Assembly: GCA_028372485.1 (NCBI GenBank)
Contig: JAOMYS010000001.1
Span: 1 to 35,164, forward strand
DNA from: Rickettsiaceae bacterium
GTDB taxonomy: Bacteria > Pseudomonadota > Alphaproteobacteria > Rickettsiales > Rickettsiaceae
DNA: 35,164 nucleotides
Reading direction: 5' to 3'
The notes below the pieces were generated by a model, which was not told the origin of the DNA, did no database searches, and saw only the letters and a program-made list of their open reading frames with translations. How positions within the stretch are numbered: the first letter of the stretch is position 1; each line of letters starts with the position of its first letter. Made by a program: the position numbers and the translations under genes. This document shows positions 1-9,525 of the stretch, one piece after another.

Positions 1-6
1 GATTAT

Positions 7-489
7 ATGTTTGATACTATATGCGATGATTATAGTGCATTTTTCAAGCATTACAAAAACCAGATAGAACAACTGAAACAACCTAAAAACACCGATAGAT
101 ATTTATTTATATGTAATTCAATTTATGAATTGGTGGTTTTAGAGATATCTAAAAAGTGCTTGTATTTTCAGCCCCTGATATTTAATCCAGATATAGCCCT
201 AGAATGTGGTTTAACTCCTCTTACAGCCCCTAATATAAGAATTAACAATAATAACCTATATCGTAGCTGCAAAAACTATATCAATGTCCTTATTCTGCCA
301 AGTGGAACGCAAGACAATATCCAGATAATGGATTTATCACCAAGGCTAGATTGTTATCAAGCACTTACTGATAACAGTATAGACGAGGCAAGCTATTACT
401 TCAAAGATGAAGAATATTTTAAGTCAGTAGTAGGACAGGAGCTAACGGATAAAGTCACCTTTGCAATTTCTAACGAGGAAAACAATTAA
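7..489 (+). CDS. hypothetical protein
   Basis: 160-aa ORF in AT-rich DNA, ending 2 bp before the methyltransferase ORF; no motif recognised. Confidence 0.7.
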   Translation: MFDTICDDYSAFFKHYKNQIEQLKQPKNTDRYLFICNSIYELVVLEISKKCLYFQPLIFNPDIALECGLTPLTAPNIRINNNNLYRSCKNYINVLILPSGTQDNIQIMDLSPRLDCYQALTDNSIDEASYYFKDEEYFKSVVGQELTDKVTFAISNEENN

Positions 490-491
490 AT

Positions 492-1550
492 ATGAAAAAT
501 AATAAAATAATTATAAAAAACGGAGATGTTAAATCTATGGAAAATAAAAAACTATCAAAGGTAGCCAGTCAAAGGGTAGAAAAAAATCTAAAAGTTCTAA
601 AACTATTGAAGGAAAATAATATCAATATGAGCTTAGAAGAAAAAAGAATAATCTTAGATGAGTACACTGGATGGGGAGGGCTGCGTGATGCGATCTATAC
701 TCTTTCCGTATACAAGCAACTTAAATCTTACCTCAGCGATGATAGAATCAATGATTTAAAGAAAACAACTAGAAGTGCATACTATACCCCAGAACTTTTA
801 GTAAAGTTTATTTGGTCAACTCTTGGCGTTATAGGCTTTAAGGGAGGAAAAATACTAGAGCCAGCGGTGGGTCATGGTGTTTTTGTTAAAAACATACCTC
901 AATCAATATCAAATAATTCTACAATTGATGCTGTAGAAATGGACTTGCTAACTTGCCGTATTTTAATCCAAAAACATCCAAAGATAAAATTAACGGCAAC
1001 TTGTTTTGAAAATATATATTTCAATCAAGAAAAATATGATCTGATTGTAGCTAACCCTCCCTATAGCAGCCAAATAGTAGAAGATATTTATTATAAGGAT
1101 TTATCACATCTAGCAATTCATCATTTCTTTGTAGCAAAGTGTGCAAGGCTTTTAAAAGATAACGGAATTATAGCAATGGTACTGCCTCTTTTCTTTTTAG
1201 ACAATACAAGAGACCATGCACGAGACATCATAAGCAAGGACGGAGTAAATATGCTTATGGCATATCGCTTGCCTGATAATATTTTCGCAAATGCTAAAAT
1301 ATCAGTAGATATCGTATTCTTAACCAAGGCTAAAACTAATATCCCATGGACAAAAAGCAAAAGCTGTAAAATTGGAAATCATAGAAAGCCTATGAATGAA
1401 TATTTTATTAATAATCCAGATAATACCCTAGGAAAGCTTGAAGTAGTACCCATGTACAACCGAAAAGGTATCACTTGCACAAGCAACGACAACTTGCGAG
1501 ATCAATTAAAAGAGGTGTATTTAAATCTTAAAGATAAATCCCGCAAGTAA
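492..1550 (+). CDS. N6-adenine DNA methyltransferase (like the N-terminal domain of DarB/ICE methylase-helicase proteins)
   Basis: YTGWGGL, SAYYTP, SAM-binding ILEPAVGHG and catalytic NPPY motifs. The start may be the ATG at 537. Confidence 0.88.
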   Translation: MKNNKIIIKNGDVKSMENKKLSKVASQRVEKNLKVLKLLKENNINMSLEEKRIILDEYTGWGGLRDAIYTLSVYKQLKSYLSDDRINDLKKTTRSAYYTPELLVKFIWSTLGVIGFKGGKILEPAVGHGVFVKNIPQSISNNSTIDAVEMDLLTCRILIQKHPKIKLTATCFENIYFNQEKYDLIVANPPYSSQIVEDIYYKDLSHLAIHHFFVAKCARLLKDNGIIAMVLPLFFLDNTRDHARDIISKDGVNMLMAYRLPDNIFANAKISVDIVFLTKAKTNIPWTKSKSCKIGNHRKPMNEYFINNPDNTLGKLEVVPMYNRKGITCTSNDNLRDQLKEVYLNLKDKSRK

Positions 1551-1563
1551 CAATTAATTACAA

Positions 1564-1597
1564 ATGTAGGAATTTAGAGGCAAAAAAATTCCTACAT
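1564..1597. terminator. probable bidirectional intrinsic terminator
   Basis: Perfect 12-bp inverted repeat ATGTAGGAATTT (1564-1575) / AAATTCCTACAT (1586-1597) between convergent genes. Confidence 0.7.
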
Positions 1598-1620
1598 CTT
1601 CTTATTCAACAAAGTTTGAG

Positions 1621-1905
1621 TTAGTTAATCAAACCCTTGTCAAATTCTTTGCCAAGTTCTATGAACTCGTTAGTCTGATCTGTATTCTCATCCATGATAC
1701 GAAATAGGGCAGACATAATATCAGCGATTTCATCACGAATTTCATTTGTCATGGGAGCATGTGCAATATCTATTAAATGTTGGGTATCTTTGTTTAAATC
1801 ATCTTTTATAAGAAAATCTACATATTTGAAATATGTTTCAGCCATCGGATGCTCGGCAAATGTCTTATAATTACAAGTAGCTTTTTTTGTTATATCTAGT
1901 TCCAT
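1621..1905 (-). CDS. small acidic hypothetical protein
   Basis: 94-aa ORF with a good SD (AAAGGAGA) upstream of the ATG; last gene of the minus-strand run. Confidence 0.75.
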   Translation of the reverse strand: MELDITKKATCNYKTFAEHPMAETYFKYVDFLIKDDLNKDTQHLIDIAHAPMTNEIRDEIADIMSALFRIMDENTDQTNEFIELGKEFDKGLIN

Positions 1906-1926
1906 ATTGTTTTCTCCTTTAGTGAT

Positions 1927-2373
1927 TTATGAAGTTAATAATGATTTAGGTACGTGTTGTAATTTAGGAATATTATGCTCCTCTATTAGAACTCTATAAT
2001 TGCTTTGCATTGGAACAATTACTTCTGTGTATTTAAAATGCCCATTACTGTCATACACTTCACAACACATGTAATTATCCTTAAATTCAAACTTTTCAAA
2101 TTTATATTTAAGACCCGATAGAAACTCTAAACATTCCTCTTTACCTACTTTGAATTTATATCTTTTATGGCGGGTGAGAAGCATAACTGCTACAGCAAAA
2201 ATACTAGAATTAGAGGCAAAGTGACCAATAAATGTTCCATAAGTAGCAATATCTAAAATAACCAGGGCAATAACGATAGCGCATACAATATTTAAATGCA
2301 GATACCTACATAAAAAGATAGATAATTGATTGTTAAAATTTTTCAAAAAATTGCATAATTCTGTAGCCTTCAT
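1927..2373 (-). CDS. hypothetical membrane protein
   Basis: 148 aa with two N-terminal hydrophobic stretches; tightly packed in the operon. Confidence 0.65.
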   Translation of the reverse strand: MKATELCNFLKNFNNQLSIFLCRYLHLNIVCAIVIALVILDIATYGTFIGHFASNSSIFAVAVMLLTRHKRYKFKVGKEECLEFLSGLKYKFEKFEFKDNYMCCEVYDSNGHFKYTEVIVPMQSNYRVLIEEHNIPKLQHVPKSLLTS

Positions 2374-2394
2374 ATAATTTGTTATTACATTACT

Positions 2395-2619
2395 TTATAA
2401 AATTGCTGAGTAACTTTTATATCCTCTAGATGTTCTGATCTTTGTGATTTTATTTAAAGTGTTTTCAACTTCTTTATCATTATCACAAAAAATATATTTA
2501 TATCCACCTCTATTTGAGTCAAAAGTACCCCAGCTACACACTACTGTAACACCACCAAAGAAATTATTCTGTAAGTGGATGTGATAAAATCTTTCATCTT
2601 TTTTAAAGCATAATTGCAT
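2395..2619 (-). CDS. stand-alone WGR-domain protein
   Basis: RFYHIHLQNNFFGGVTVVCSWGT...KIRTSRGY fits the WGR pattern (RFY..L...LFG...L...WGR...K..RGY), with WGT in place of WGR. Confidence 0.75.
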   Translation of the reverse strand: MQLCFKKDERFYHIHLQNNFFGGVTVVCSWGTFDSNRGGYKYIFCDNDKEVENTLNKITKIRTSRGYKSYSAIL

Positions 2620-2646
2620 TTGTCTATATTATGATTTAACAAAGGC

Positions 2647-2925
2647 TTAGGCTATGTTCTTAGTTAAATAATCACTAGCCTTAAAGCTCACTATCTGATT
2701 TTTAGCAAGTCTTGCTAGTGCAATATTATTTCTGTGATTTAGTCCATCTGGAAATAATGGCAATTTCTCAAAAGTACCCACGCCATCAATTTCTACTGAT
2801 TGCCCAGCATTGAGTAATTCAGATAAGCAATCAGAAAACATATCAACAAAAGTTTCAGCGGTAGAAAAATCAATACCGTATCTACTAGCTGAATATTCTA
2901 TAAAATCTAGTTTGTTCATAATCAA
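2647..2925 (-). CDS. HU/IHF-family DNA-binding protein (divergent)
   Basis: MNKLDFI...L..GQSVEIDGVGTF...VSFKAS..L is the HU core pattern; about 90 aa. Confidence 0.8.
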   Translation of the reverse strand: MIMNKLDFIEYSASRYGIDFSTAETFVDMFSDCLSELLNAGQSVEIDGVGTFEKLPLFPDGLNHRNNIALARLAKNQIVSFKASDYLTKNIA

Positions 2926-3386
2926 ACCTCCTCTTCTAAAACTTCCAAATCATGCTTACATTCAGATACGCAAGTTTTTAGCTCTTCCATATCTTTTACA
3001 TTGCCACACCATTCTTTGCGGAACTTATTAAATCTAAGACCCAGTGATCTAATAGTATCACGTACTTCTTTTATAGGTTCAGAAGCAAAAGATAAAATAA
3101 CTGGCTTAGTATCTTGTTTTTCTTTATTAAAAGCACTATTGCCTTTTATGCTCCAAGCACTTCTTATTGAATCATTGTTCTTTAATTCATCGCTTAAAGA
3201 AAGCAATGCCCCATATAAAGTATTAGTAGGTAAATCATCAAGCCCAGCTTTAGTAACAAGCCCGCCTATTTCTATTAAATGACGAGTGCGAGCTTTACGC
3301 TCCTTTAGTTTTAATCTTGTTTCCTCTAATTGCATTCTAGCTTTCTTTTGCTCTAATCTCTTTTTCTGTTCTTCTATATTCTGCAT
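2922..3386 (-). CDS. traD: Ti-type conjugal transfer protein TraD (relaxosome accessory)
   Basis: Coiled-coil N-terminus followed by ERKARTRHLIEIGGLVTKAGL, the Ti-type TraD/MobC signature; divergent from traA. Confidence 0.85.
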   Translation of the reverse strand: MQNIEEQKKRLEQKKARMQLEETRLKLKERKARTRHLIEIGGLVTKAGLDDLPTNTLYGALLSLSDELKNNDSIRSAWSIKGNSAFNKEKQDTKPVILSFASEPIKEVRDTIRSLGLRFNKFRKEWCGNVKDMEELKTCVSECKHDLEVLEEEV

Positions 3387-3658
3387 AATGTAATCTGGTT
3401 GTTTAAATATTAGTTATTTTAAAATTCCATCTTAGCATAAAAACTAAATTCCCGTTGCCTACCACACCAATCTAATAACTAAGTTACTTGTGCCTAACAT
3501 TTATACATTACATCATTTTCCTTGTGGTGTAAACAAAGTTATAACACTCTTTCGTCAGAAAAGTGGTATACGCAACATGTGTTATGAATAACACTTGCTT
3601 TTAAGGGGAATTTAAAATAAAGTATAAGTAAATACAAATATAGATTTTAAAAACAATA
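3387..3658. promoter_or_regulatory. putative oriT and divergent promoters
   Basis: Intergenic region between divergent Ti-type traD and traA, the usual oriT position for MOBQ systems; two adjacent inverted repeats at 3540-3570 and 3572-3598. The nick site was not identified. Confidence 0.6.
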
Positions 3659-6600
3659 ATGGCAATAGCATTCGCAAGACCAGAATATGTAGGAAGAAGC
3701 AACAACAAGAATGCTTGCTGTAAAAGTTCATACAACTCAAGAAGTAAGATAGTTTACGAAAGAGCTGGTAAGGTTTTTAATTTTACAAACCATGGTGGCA
3801 ATGCCTACCACGAGATGTTACTTCCTGAATATGTAGATAAGAAATTTAAAAACGCAGAAGGGTTTTCAAATGAAGTAGAGCGGGCTGAAAAGCGAAAAGA
3901 TAGTCAATTATATGTTGAATGGCTACTTGCTCTTCCGAAAGAAAAAGAAATAACCCTAGAGATGAAAAAGGAAATCATCAAAGAGTTCATAGAAAGAAAG
4001 GGGTGGATAAAAGAAGGTCTTGGAGTGCAAATTGATATCCATGAGCCACATGATGGTGAGAAGAATTGGCATGCTCATTTACTGGTTACTACAAGAAGAT
4101 TTAAAAAAGACGGTTCGGGGCTAGAGGATAAAAAGGCTGTGGATTTACAACCAGAAATAAAATATGGAAAAGTGCAAAAAACCGCCGAGATAGATAATCA
4201 TAAATTCTATGAAAACGTTTTAAATGACAAGTTCAAAGCTTGGGGTTTAGATTTAAGAGCTGACTTACCTGGAGAGATAACTCAGGAGCATGTCGGTCCT
4301 GTAAGAATGCGTAGTATATTCAACGAAGCAGTTCAACGAAACGAAGAGCGCAAGGAAGCAGAGATAGAGCTTTTAAACTCTGGGGCTAGAGTTCTAGAGA
4401 AAGTAACGAAACATATGAGTGTTTTTACCAAAGGTGATCTTACTCGTGCTGTTAAATGTATTCCAGATAGCGAAGTAAAGGAGAGATTGGTCGAGGATGC
4501 TCTATCATCTAGCTCCATTATTCCTCTTGTTACAAATAGCAGTAATGGCAATGGTAAGATTAAATACTATACCACACGTCTTGTACGTGATGAGGAGCAG
4601 AAGATTCTACGCCTTAGTAGCTATGTTGCTAATTTAGATAATGTCATCTTTGGCGGAGAGAAAATAATCCAAGTGGCAAATACTCTAATCAATGATGCAA
4701 AAGATTCGCTTACAGATGAGCAGCACAAAGCATTGAGTGGTATATTACTTGGCAAGTCAGGACTCCGTGTCCTTCGTGGTCGTGCTGGAACTGGTAAGTC
4801 CTATGTACTAGGAAAGGCAAACTCTATAGCAAGTAATTCTGGTATCAACGTAATAGGACTTGCTCCTACCCATAAGGCAAAGCTAGAGCTTGGAAATAAA
4901 GGCTATGAGAACATCGATACCGTAAAGGGGATGTTATTTAAGCTAGCAAATAGCCGTTTTGACCTGCCTAAACATAGCCTCATTGTTGTAGATGAAGCTG
5001 GAATGGTAGGTAATGATGATTACAAGGAGCTGCTCAGAGTGGCAGCCACCCGCAAATGTAATGTTATCTTAGCGGGAGATGAGAGACAACTTGCCTCGAT
5101 TCAGCGTGGTGGGATGTTTGAAGTGTTTGCCAAGAGCTATGGCAGCAGCTCTATACTTGATATCAAAAGGCAAGATAGCGAGTGGGGCAAAGCAGTTGCT
5201 ATGGCATTCTCAAAAGGAGAGGTTGCTACTGGATTATCAATACTTGATACAGATAACCGTATCAAGTGGGATGAGGATGCTAGTAGCTCCATGCATGAAT
5301 TGCTCCATGATTGGAGCGTCAGTGAGTTTGGGGTGCGTGATAGGCTGATTCTAGCTGTTAGAAATAAAGATGTTGCAGCACTTAATCATGGCGCACGTGA
5401 GCATTTTAAATTAGAAGGTAAGCTTACAGGGGAAGAGTTCTCAGTTGATGGTAATCACTATATGAAAGGTGATAGAGTTCTAATTACTAAAACCAACAAG
5501 AAGCTTGGCTTAACTAATGGTGACCTTGCTGAAATATCCCATGCATCTCAAGATAAGTTTACACTAAGATTTAGATATGACAAATTTAATGTAGATAATG
5601 ATAAATACGTATCATTTGACCCAGGCGAATATAGAGGATTTAGACATGGATATGCAACAACTGTATTTAAAGCCCAAGGGGCAAGTATACCTGATGTCTA
5701 TGTATATCACGATGGGTTCTCCACTCTTAGAAATAGTTATGTATCCTTATCACGTCATGTAGAGCAGCTTCGTCTCTACGTGAACAAAAGCTCTACAGGT
5801 GATATGTCAATATTAACTCGTCAGCTTGCCAATGACTTTGAAAATGGTAGTAGCCTAAGGTACATGAGTGTAGACGAGCAAAGGGAAGCGTTAGAGGATA
5901 AAGAGATCAGAGAAAACTTTGGAAGGTTAGATAGAATGCTTATCGGCACTTATGATTTCCTGCAGAAAAACATAACTAAGTTTAAAGACAAATACATACC
6001 ATCTTCTGATTATTATAACTATAAAGAGCCAAAACAAAAATACGAGGCAGTAAACAAGGTAATAGACAGAACTTATGATGATATAGAGCATCAAAACCAA
6101 GCTATTATAGAAGAAAAGCTAGTAGTTGGCGGAAATACTATAGCTTCGACTCAAGTTACGCCTTTAAATATTCGAGGCGACAACAACTTACAAGATAACA
6201 ATACTCTAGAGGTTCAAAACCATCAGCAGGGAAATAACGATGTGAGTATAGCTAAATCAACTTCTAGCCTAGGTTCTGCATATAATAATTCCAACACCAA
6301 TATCAACACCAGTACAAACCCTCATGCTGGCAATAACTCCAACCAAGCTGTTGATACTAGCAAACCCCGCTTATCAGCAAAAAGCAGATTCTATGCAAAT
6401 GTAGATAGAATAAGAGCCCAAAAGCAACACGAGGCTCAAAAAGAAGAATGGGGCAGGGAGTATAACCAACTGAAATCTGAGCTAAGATTTAAGGCGGAGG
6501 CGATAACAAGAGATCTCCTCGGCGATCCAAACAAACGTCTATCAAATGGTAGAGAACTCCGCTACGGCGATCATGGTAAGCTTGCGGTTTGTATATCAGG

Positions 6601-8491
6601 GGAAAAAGCTGGTACTTGGCATGATTTCGGGAGAGGAGAGGGCGGTGATCTATTCCATTTGGTACAAGAAACCAGAAAAACATCCTTTAAGGAGGCTGCT
6701 GATTATTTAAGAAGCAGCGTAGGCATGAGTAACTCCTCAAGCTTCAAGCCTAACTTACAATTAGTACATGATCATGCAAATAGCGATTCTACCAAAGAAT
6801 ATATACAAGAAAAGGAAGCTAAAATAAGATATGCCAATAAACTCTATGATAAATCCAAGCCCGTTAGTGAGCGTTCAATAGCAAGTAACTATTTAAAGGA
6901 TCATAGATCTATTACTTGCAAGCTATCATCAGATATAAAAACTACTGGAATATATGATCAAAGCAAAAAGGAATATTTACCAGCTCTGATTGCATACGCA
7001 AGAAACAAGGAAGGCGATATTACGGGAGGTCAGCACCTCCTTCTGGACAAAGAAACCAAGGGCAAGGCTGATATAGAAGTTCCCAAGAGATCATTCGACG
7101 TAATTAGTGGCTCATTCGTTGATCTTGGAAATACATATCCTAAAAGCAATGCAAATAATAATACGAAAAATAACGACCAACCAGCTCACAAATTACAGCA
7201 AAGCCAAATTACAATAATTGCAGAAGGGCTAGAGACTGGCTTGTCGGTAAAACAATCCTTGAGTGAGCATAGTAAAAAAGGTAAGAATACTACTAACACT
7301 AAGATGAAAATACTATGCTCGCTTGGTATTAGCAATATCAAGAATTACGAGCCTATACAGGGGCAAAAGATAATAATAGCTTCTGATAATGATGGCAAAG
7401 ACTCCATTACAAACAAAGCCATTCATGATGCTGCGTCCATCTTAAAAGAAAAAGGTGCGTTTGTAGAAATCGTAACACCAGAAAATCATGGTGACTTTAA
7501 CGATGTACTGGTGGACAAAGAAAATGGTGGTAGCAAAACGGTTGCCAATTCCTTCAGGGGTGCAATTGATAGGCATAGCTCTAAAACTTTACTCCAGTAT
7601 TTTGCCTCAAACGATCGGAGCTTCAAATTAAGTAAAGATGAGAAAACAAAAATTGAGTTTATTTCACAATTTAAAACCAACGAAGAGAAAATACTAAATG
7701 CCTATAGAAATGATTCAGCCAAGGGGAGGGAGGAGCTGAATAAGATAGTTAAACCTATTAAAATCGCTCATGATAATGTAATAGAGAACAAGAATATCAT
7801 AAATGAAATCAATATGTTCGGTGGTAATATTGATAAACTTAAATTGACCCTAGAACTAAGCCGTGAATATGATGATCCACATTTGGCACGTAGATCACTA
7901 GCAATGGATAAACATATATGGAGCATCAGAGAGAAATATCATCTTTTAGACCAGCTTAAAGAATTTAAAGAAGAAAAACAAAGTGCAAAAACTCCGAAAG
8001 AGGCAATGATTGCATTAATCAAGGAACAAGAGTTTTTAGCGGGGATGCACAGCGAAATAAATCCAAAAGATCACAGCAAGAGGATAATAAATAGCATCCA
8101 ACAAGCCCATGAGGATCAGCAATCAGGGGCGGTGGATAAATTATATGACGCTGCTCGTTATGCTCACAAAGAGAAAATAATATCACCTAATGACTTAACT
8201 AATCATTTTAAATCCAATAATCCTGTAGCTGATATTCATAATAATATTAATCGTATTTGCTACAAGCATCACTGCAAGATACTAACTGAGCATTATAACA
8301 AGATTAATAGAGGGGAGGTAATCAACCACCAAGGGTATAAGTTTGATTGCGTTGCTGGATATTTAGAGCATTGGAAAGATAATGTACATCATGATATGCT
8401 ACCAGTTAAACAAATGAACAAGCAGATAGAGAGAGTTCATGAGCAACAAAGAGATCGTGGCGATGATCATCATATATCATTGGACATGTAG
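3659..8491 (+). CDS. traA: Ti-type TraA: MOBQ relaxase + RecD-like helicase + C-terminal primase/Toprim
   Basis: MAIAF start, DIHEPHDGEKNWHAHLL (3H motif), Walker A GRAGTGKS, VVDEAGM, GDERQL, HGYATTVFKAQG, GTWHDF..GEGGDL, and Toprim IIAEGLETGLS / ASDND / GDFND. Confidence 0.93.
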   Translation: MAIAFARPEYVGRSNNKNACCKSSYNSRSKIVYERAGKVFNFTNHGGNAYHEMLLPEYVDKKFKNAEGFSNEVERAEKRKDSQLYVEWLLALPKEKEITLEMKKEIIKEFIERKGWIKEGLGVQIDIHEPHDGEKNWHAHLLVTTRRFKKDGSGLEDKKAVDLQPEIKYGKVQKTAEIDNHKFYENVLNDKFKAWGLDLRADLPGEITQEHVGPVRMRSIFNEAVQRNEERKEAEIELLNSGARVLEKVTKHMSVFTKGDLTRAVKCIPDSEVKERLVEDALSSSSIIPLVTNSSNGNGKIKYYTTRLVRDEEQKILRLSSYVANLDNVIFGGEKIIQVANTLINDAKDSLTDEQHKALSGILLGKSGLRVLRGRAGTGKSYVLGKANSIASNSGINVIGLAPTHKAKLELGNKGYENIDTVKGMLFKLANSRFDLPKHSLIVVDEAGMVGNDDYKELLRVAATRKCNVILAGDERQLASIQRGGMFEVFAKSYGSSSILDIKRQDSEWGKAVAMAFSKGEVATGLSILDTDNRIKWDEDASSSMHELLHDWSVSEFGVRDRLILAVRNKDVAALNHGAREHFKLEGKLTGEEFSVDGNHYMKGDRVLITKTNKKLGLTNGDLAEISHASQDKFTLRFRYDKFNVDNDKYVSFDPGEYRGFRHGYATTVFKAQGASIPDVYVYHDGFSTLRNSYVSLSRHVEQLRLYVNKSSTGDMSILTRQLANDFENGSSLRYMSVDEQREALEDKEIRENFGRLDRMLIGTYDFLQKNITKFKDKYIPSSDYYNYKEPKQKYEAVNKVIDRTYDDIEHQNQAIIEEKLVVGGNTIASTQVTPLNIRGDNNLQDNNTLEVQNHQQGNNDVSIAKSTSSLGSAYNNSNTNINTSTNPHAGNNSNQAVDTSKPRLSAKSRFYANVDRIRAQKQHEAQKEEWGREYNQLKSELRFKAEAITRDLLGDPNKRLSNGRELRYGDHGKLAVCISGEKAGTWHDFGRGEGGDLFHLVQETRKTSFKEAADYLRSSVGMSNSSSFKPNLQLVHDHANSDSTKEYIQEKEAKIRYANKLYDKSKPVSERSIASNYLKDHRSITCKLSSDIKTTGIYDQSKKEYLPALIAYARNKEGDITGGQHLLLDKETKGKADIEVPKRSFDVISGSFVDLGNTYPKSNANNNTKNNDQPAHKLQQSQITIIAEGLETGLSVKQSLSEHSKKGKNTTNTKMKILCSLGISNIKNYEPIQGQKIIIASDNDGKDSITNKAIHDAASILKEKGAFVEIVTPENHGDFNDVLVDKENGGSKTVANSFRGAIDRHSSKTLLQYFASNDRSFKLSKDEKTKIEFISQFKTNEEKILNAYRNDSAKGREELNKIVKPIKIAHDNVIENKNIINEINMFGGNIDKLKLTLELSREYDDPHLARRSLAMDKHIWSIREKYHLLDQLKEFKEEKQSAKTPKEAMIALIKEQEFLAGMHSEINPKDHSKRIINSIQQAHEDQQSGAVDKLYDAARYAHKEKIISPNDLTNHFKSNNPVADIHNNINRICYKHHCKILTEHYNKINRGEVINHQGYKFDCVAGYLEHWKDNVHHDMLPVKQMNKQIERVHEQQRDRGDDHHISLDM

Positions 8492-8522
8492 AGGCGCAGA
8501 GGTAAGCGGAGTTACTGGCTAC

Positions 8523-9428
8523 TCATGAACTAGACTTGAGCTTTTGAAGCTCGTCAAGAGAGATGGCGGTAAGAGATGAAATATCAGAAAGGGGGTAATT
8601 TTTAGCAATCATATCTTTGGCAATTTTAAACATACCTTTCTCTATACCTTTCTCTATACCTTTCTCTATACCTCTCTCTATACCCTTATCATACTGATAA
8701 TCAAGAGCAGCTATATTATCCCTGATGCGTTTGATTTCTTCATCATATGCAAGCAGTTCAGGTTCGCTCCAGTTAAACTGACTAAGAGCATCATAGGCTT
8801 GCTTGATTACCAAGTCAGAGCCAATGAGTTTTTCTAAATCCCTTTCGCTGGTCTTTGCAGCGTTTTTGAAAAAAAAGCACCATTTCTCTAATATGGTATT
8901 TAATTCACTGATGTTTGTTTTATTGAACTTGGGTAGTTCAATAAATGTAAAGGAGAAGTCCTGCAAATCGTGTTCATAACTATTCTTGTCTAATATTACA
9001 TGATCAGACTTATATTCTGTTTTATCTTGAAAGATTATACAATCTGCAATAGCTATGAATATAACCTCTTTTAAGTTCTGGTATTTACCATCTTCTTCTT
9101 GCCCTGAATTTAACTGCCTTGAATATGCCTTAGCTGCATAATACTGCGCTCTTTTCTCAAAGCCTTTAGTAGGAGCAACCTGCATCTCGACAATGATTTG
9201 TACTCCGTTTTTGTCCTTACATAGTACGTCAACAATGCTTTGTTTCTTGTAAGCTATTTCTGCATCTTGGACTGGAGATAGGAACTCTACTCCTTCTATT
9301 TGATCATTGCCATTCAGTTCCAATATGTCATTGATAAAGTGAATCAGAATATCTTTATGCTTTTCACTACCAAATACCTTCTTAAAGGCAACATCATTTT
9401 TTGGATCTAAGAATTTGGAAATAGCCAT
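8523..9428 (-). CDS. Rpn-family recombination-promoting nuclease / PD-(D/E)XK putative transposase
   Basis: LDPKNDVAFKKVFG, IVDVLC..., IIVEMQ, RAQYYAAKAY, FIELPKF, followed by GIEK repeats and a short helical tail. Confidence 0.92.
   Translation of the reverse strand: MAISKFLDPKNDVAFKKVFGSEKHKDILIHFINDILELNGNDQIEGVEFLSPVQDAEIAYKKQSIVDVLCKDKNGVQIIVEMQVAPTKGFEKRAQYYAAKAYSRQLNSGQEEDGKYQNLKEVIFIAIADCIIFQDKTEYKSDHVILDKNSYEHDLQDFSFTFIELPKFNKTNISELNTILEKWCFFFKNAAKTSERDLEKLIGSDLVIKQAYDALSQFNWSEPELLAYDEEIKRIRDNIAALDYQYDKGIERGIEKGIEKGIEKGMFKIAKDMIAKNYPLSDISSLTAISLDELQKLKSSS
8632..8687. repeat. 12-bp coding tandem repeat (about 4.5 copies, encodes GIEK)
   Basis: ATACCTTTCTCT three times exactly from 8632, then ATACCTCTCTCT and a partial ATACCCTT. 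Confidence 0.92.
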
Positions 9429-9525
9429 AAGTAAGATACCGTATTCACTGAATTACTAATTATTGTTCATTGTAGCAGTTGCGGGGGTTTTGTGCCACCA
9501 GTTGTTTTTGTCTATCCCGTAAAAC

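Noticed and set aside
2810-3282. Plus-strand ORFs opposite the HU-like gene and Ti-type traD
   Set aside because: Shadow frames of recognisable genes.
8632-8687. Tandem repeat as a possible CRISPR array or iteron
   Set aside because: Contiguous 12-bp units with no spacers, in frame and encoding the GIEK repeats typical of Rpn proteins.
8523-9428. Rpn gene as an insertion sequence
   Set aside because: No terminal inverted repeats or target duplication seen; the family is a PD-(D/E)XK nuclease, not a demonstrated transposase.
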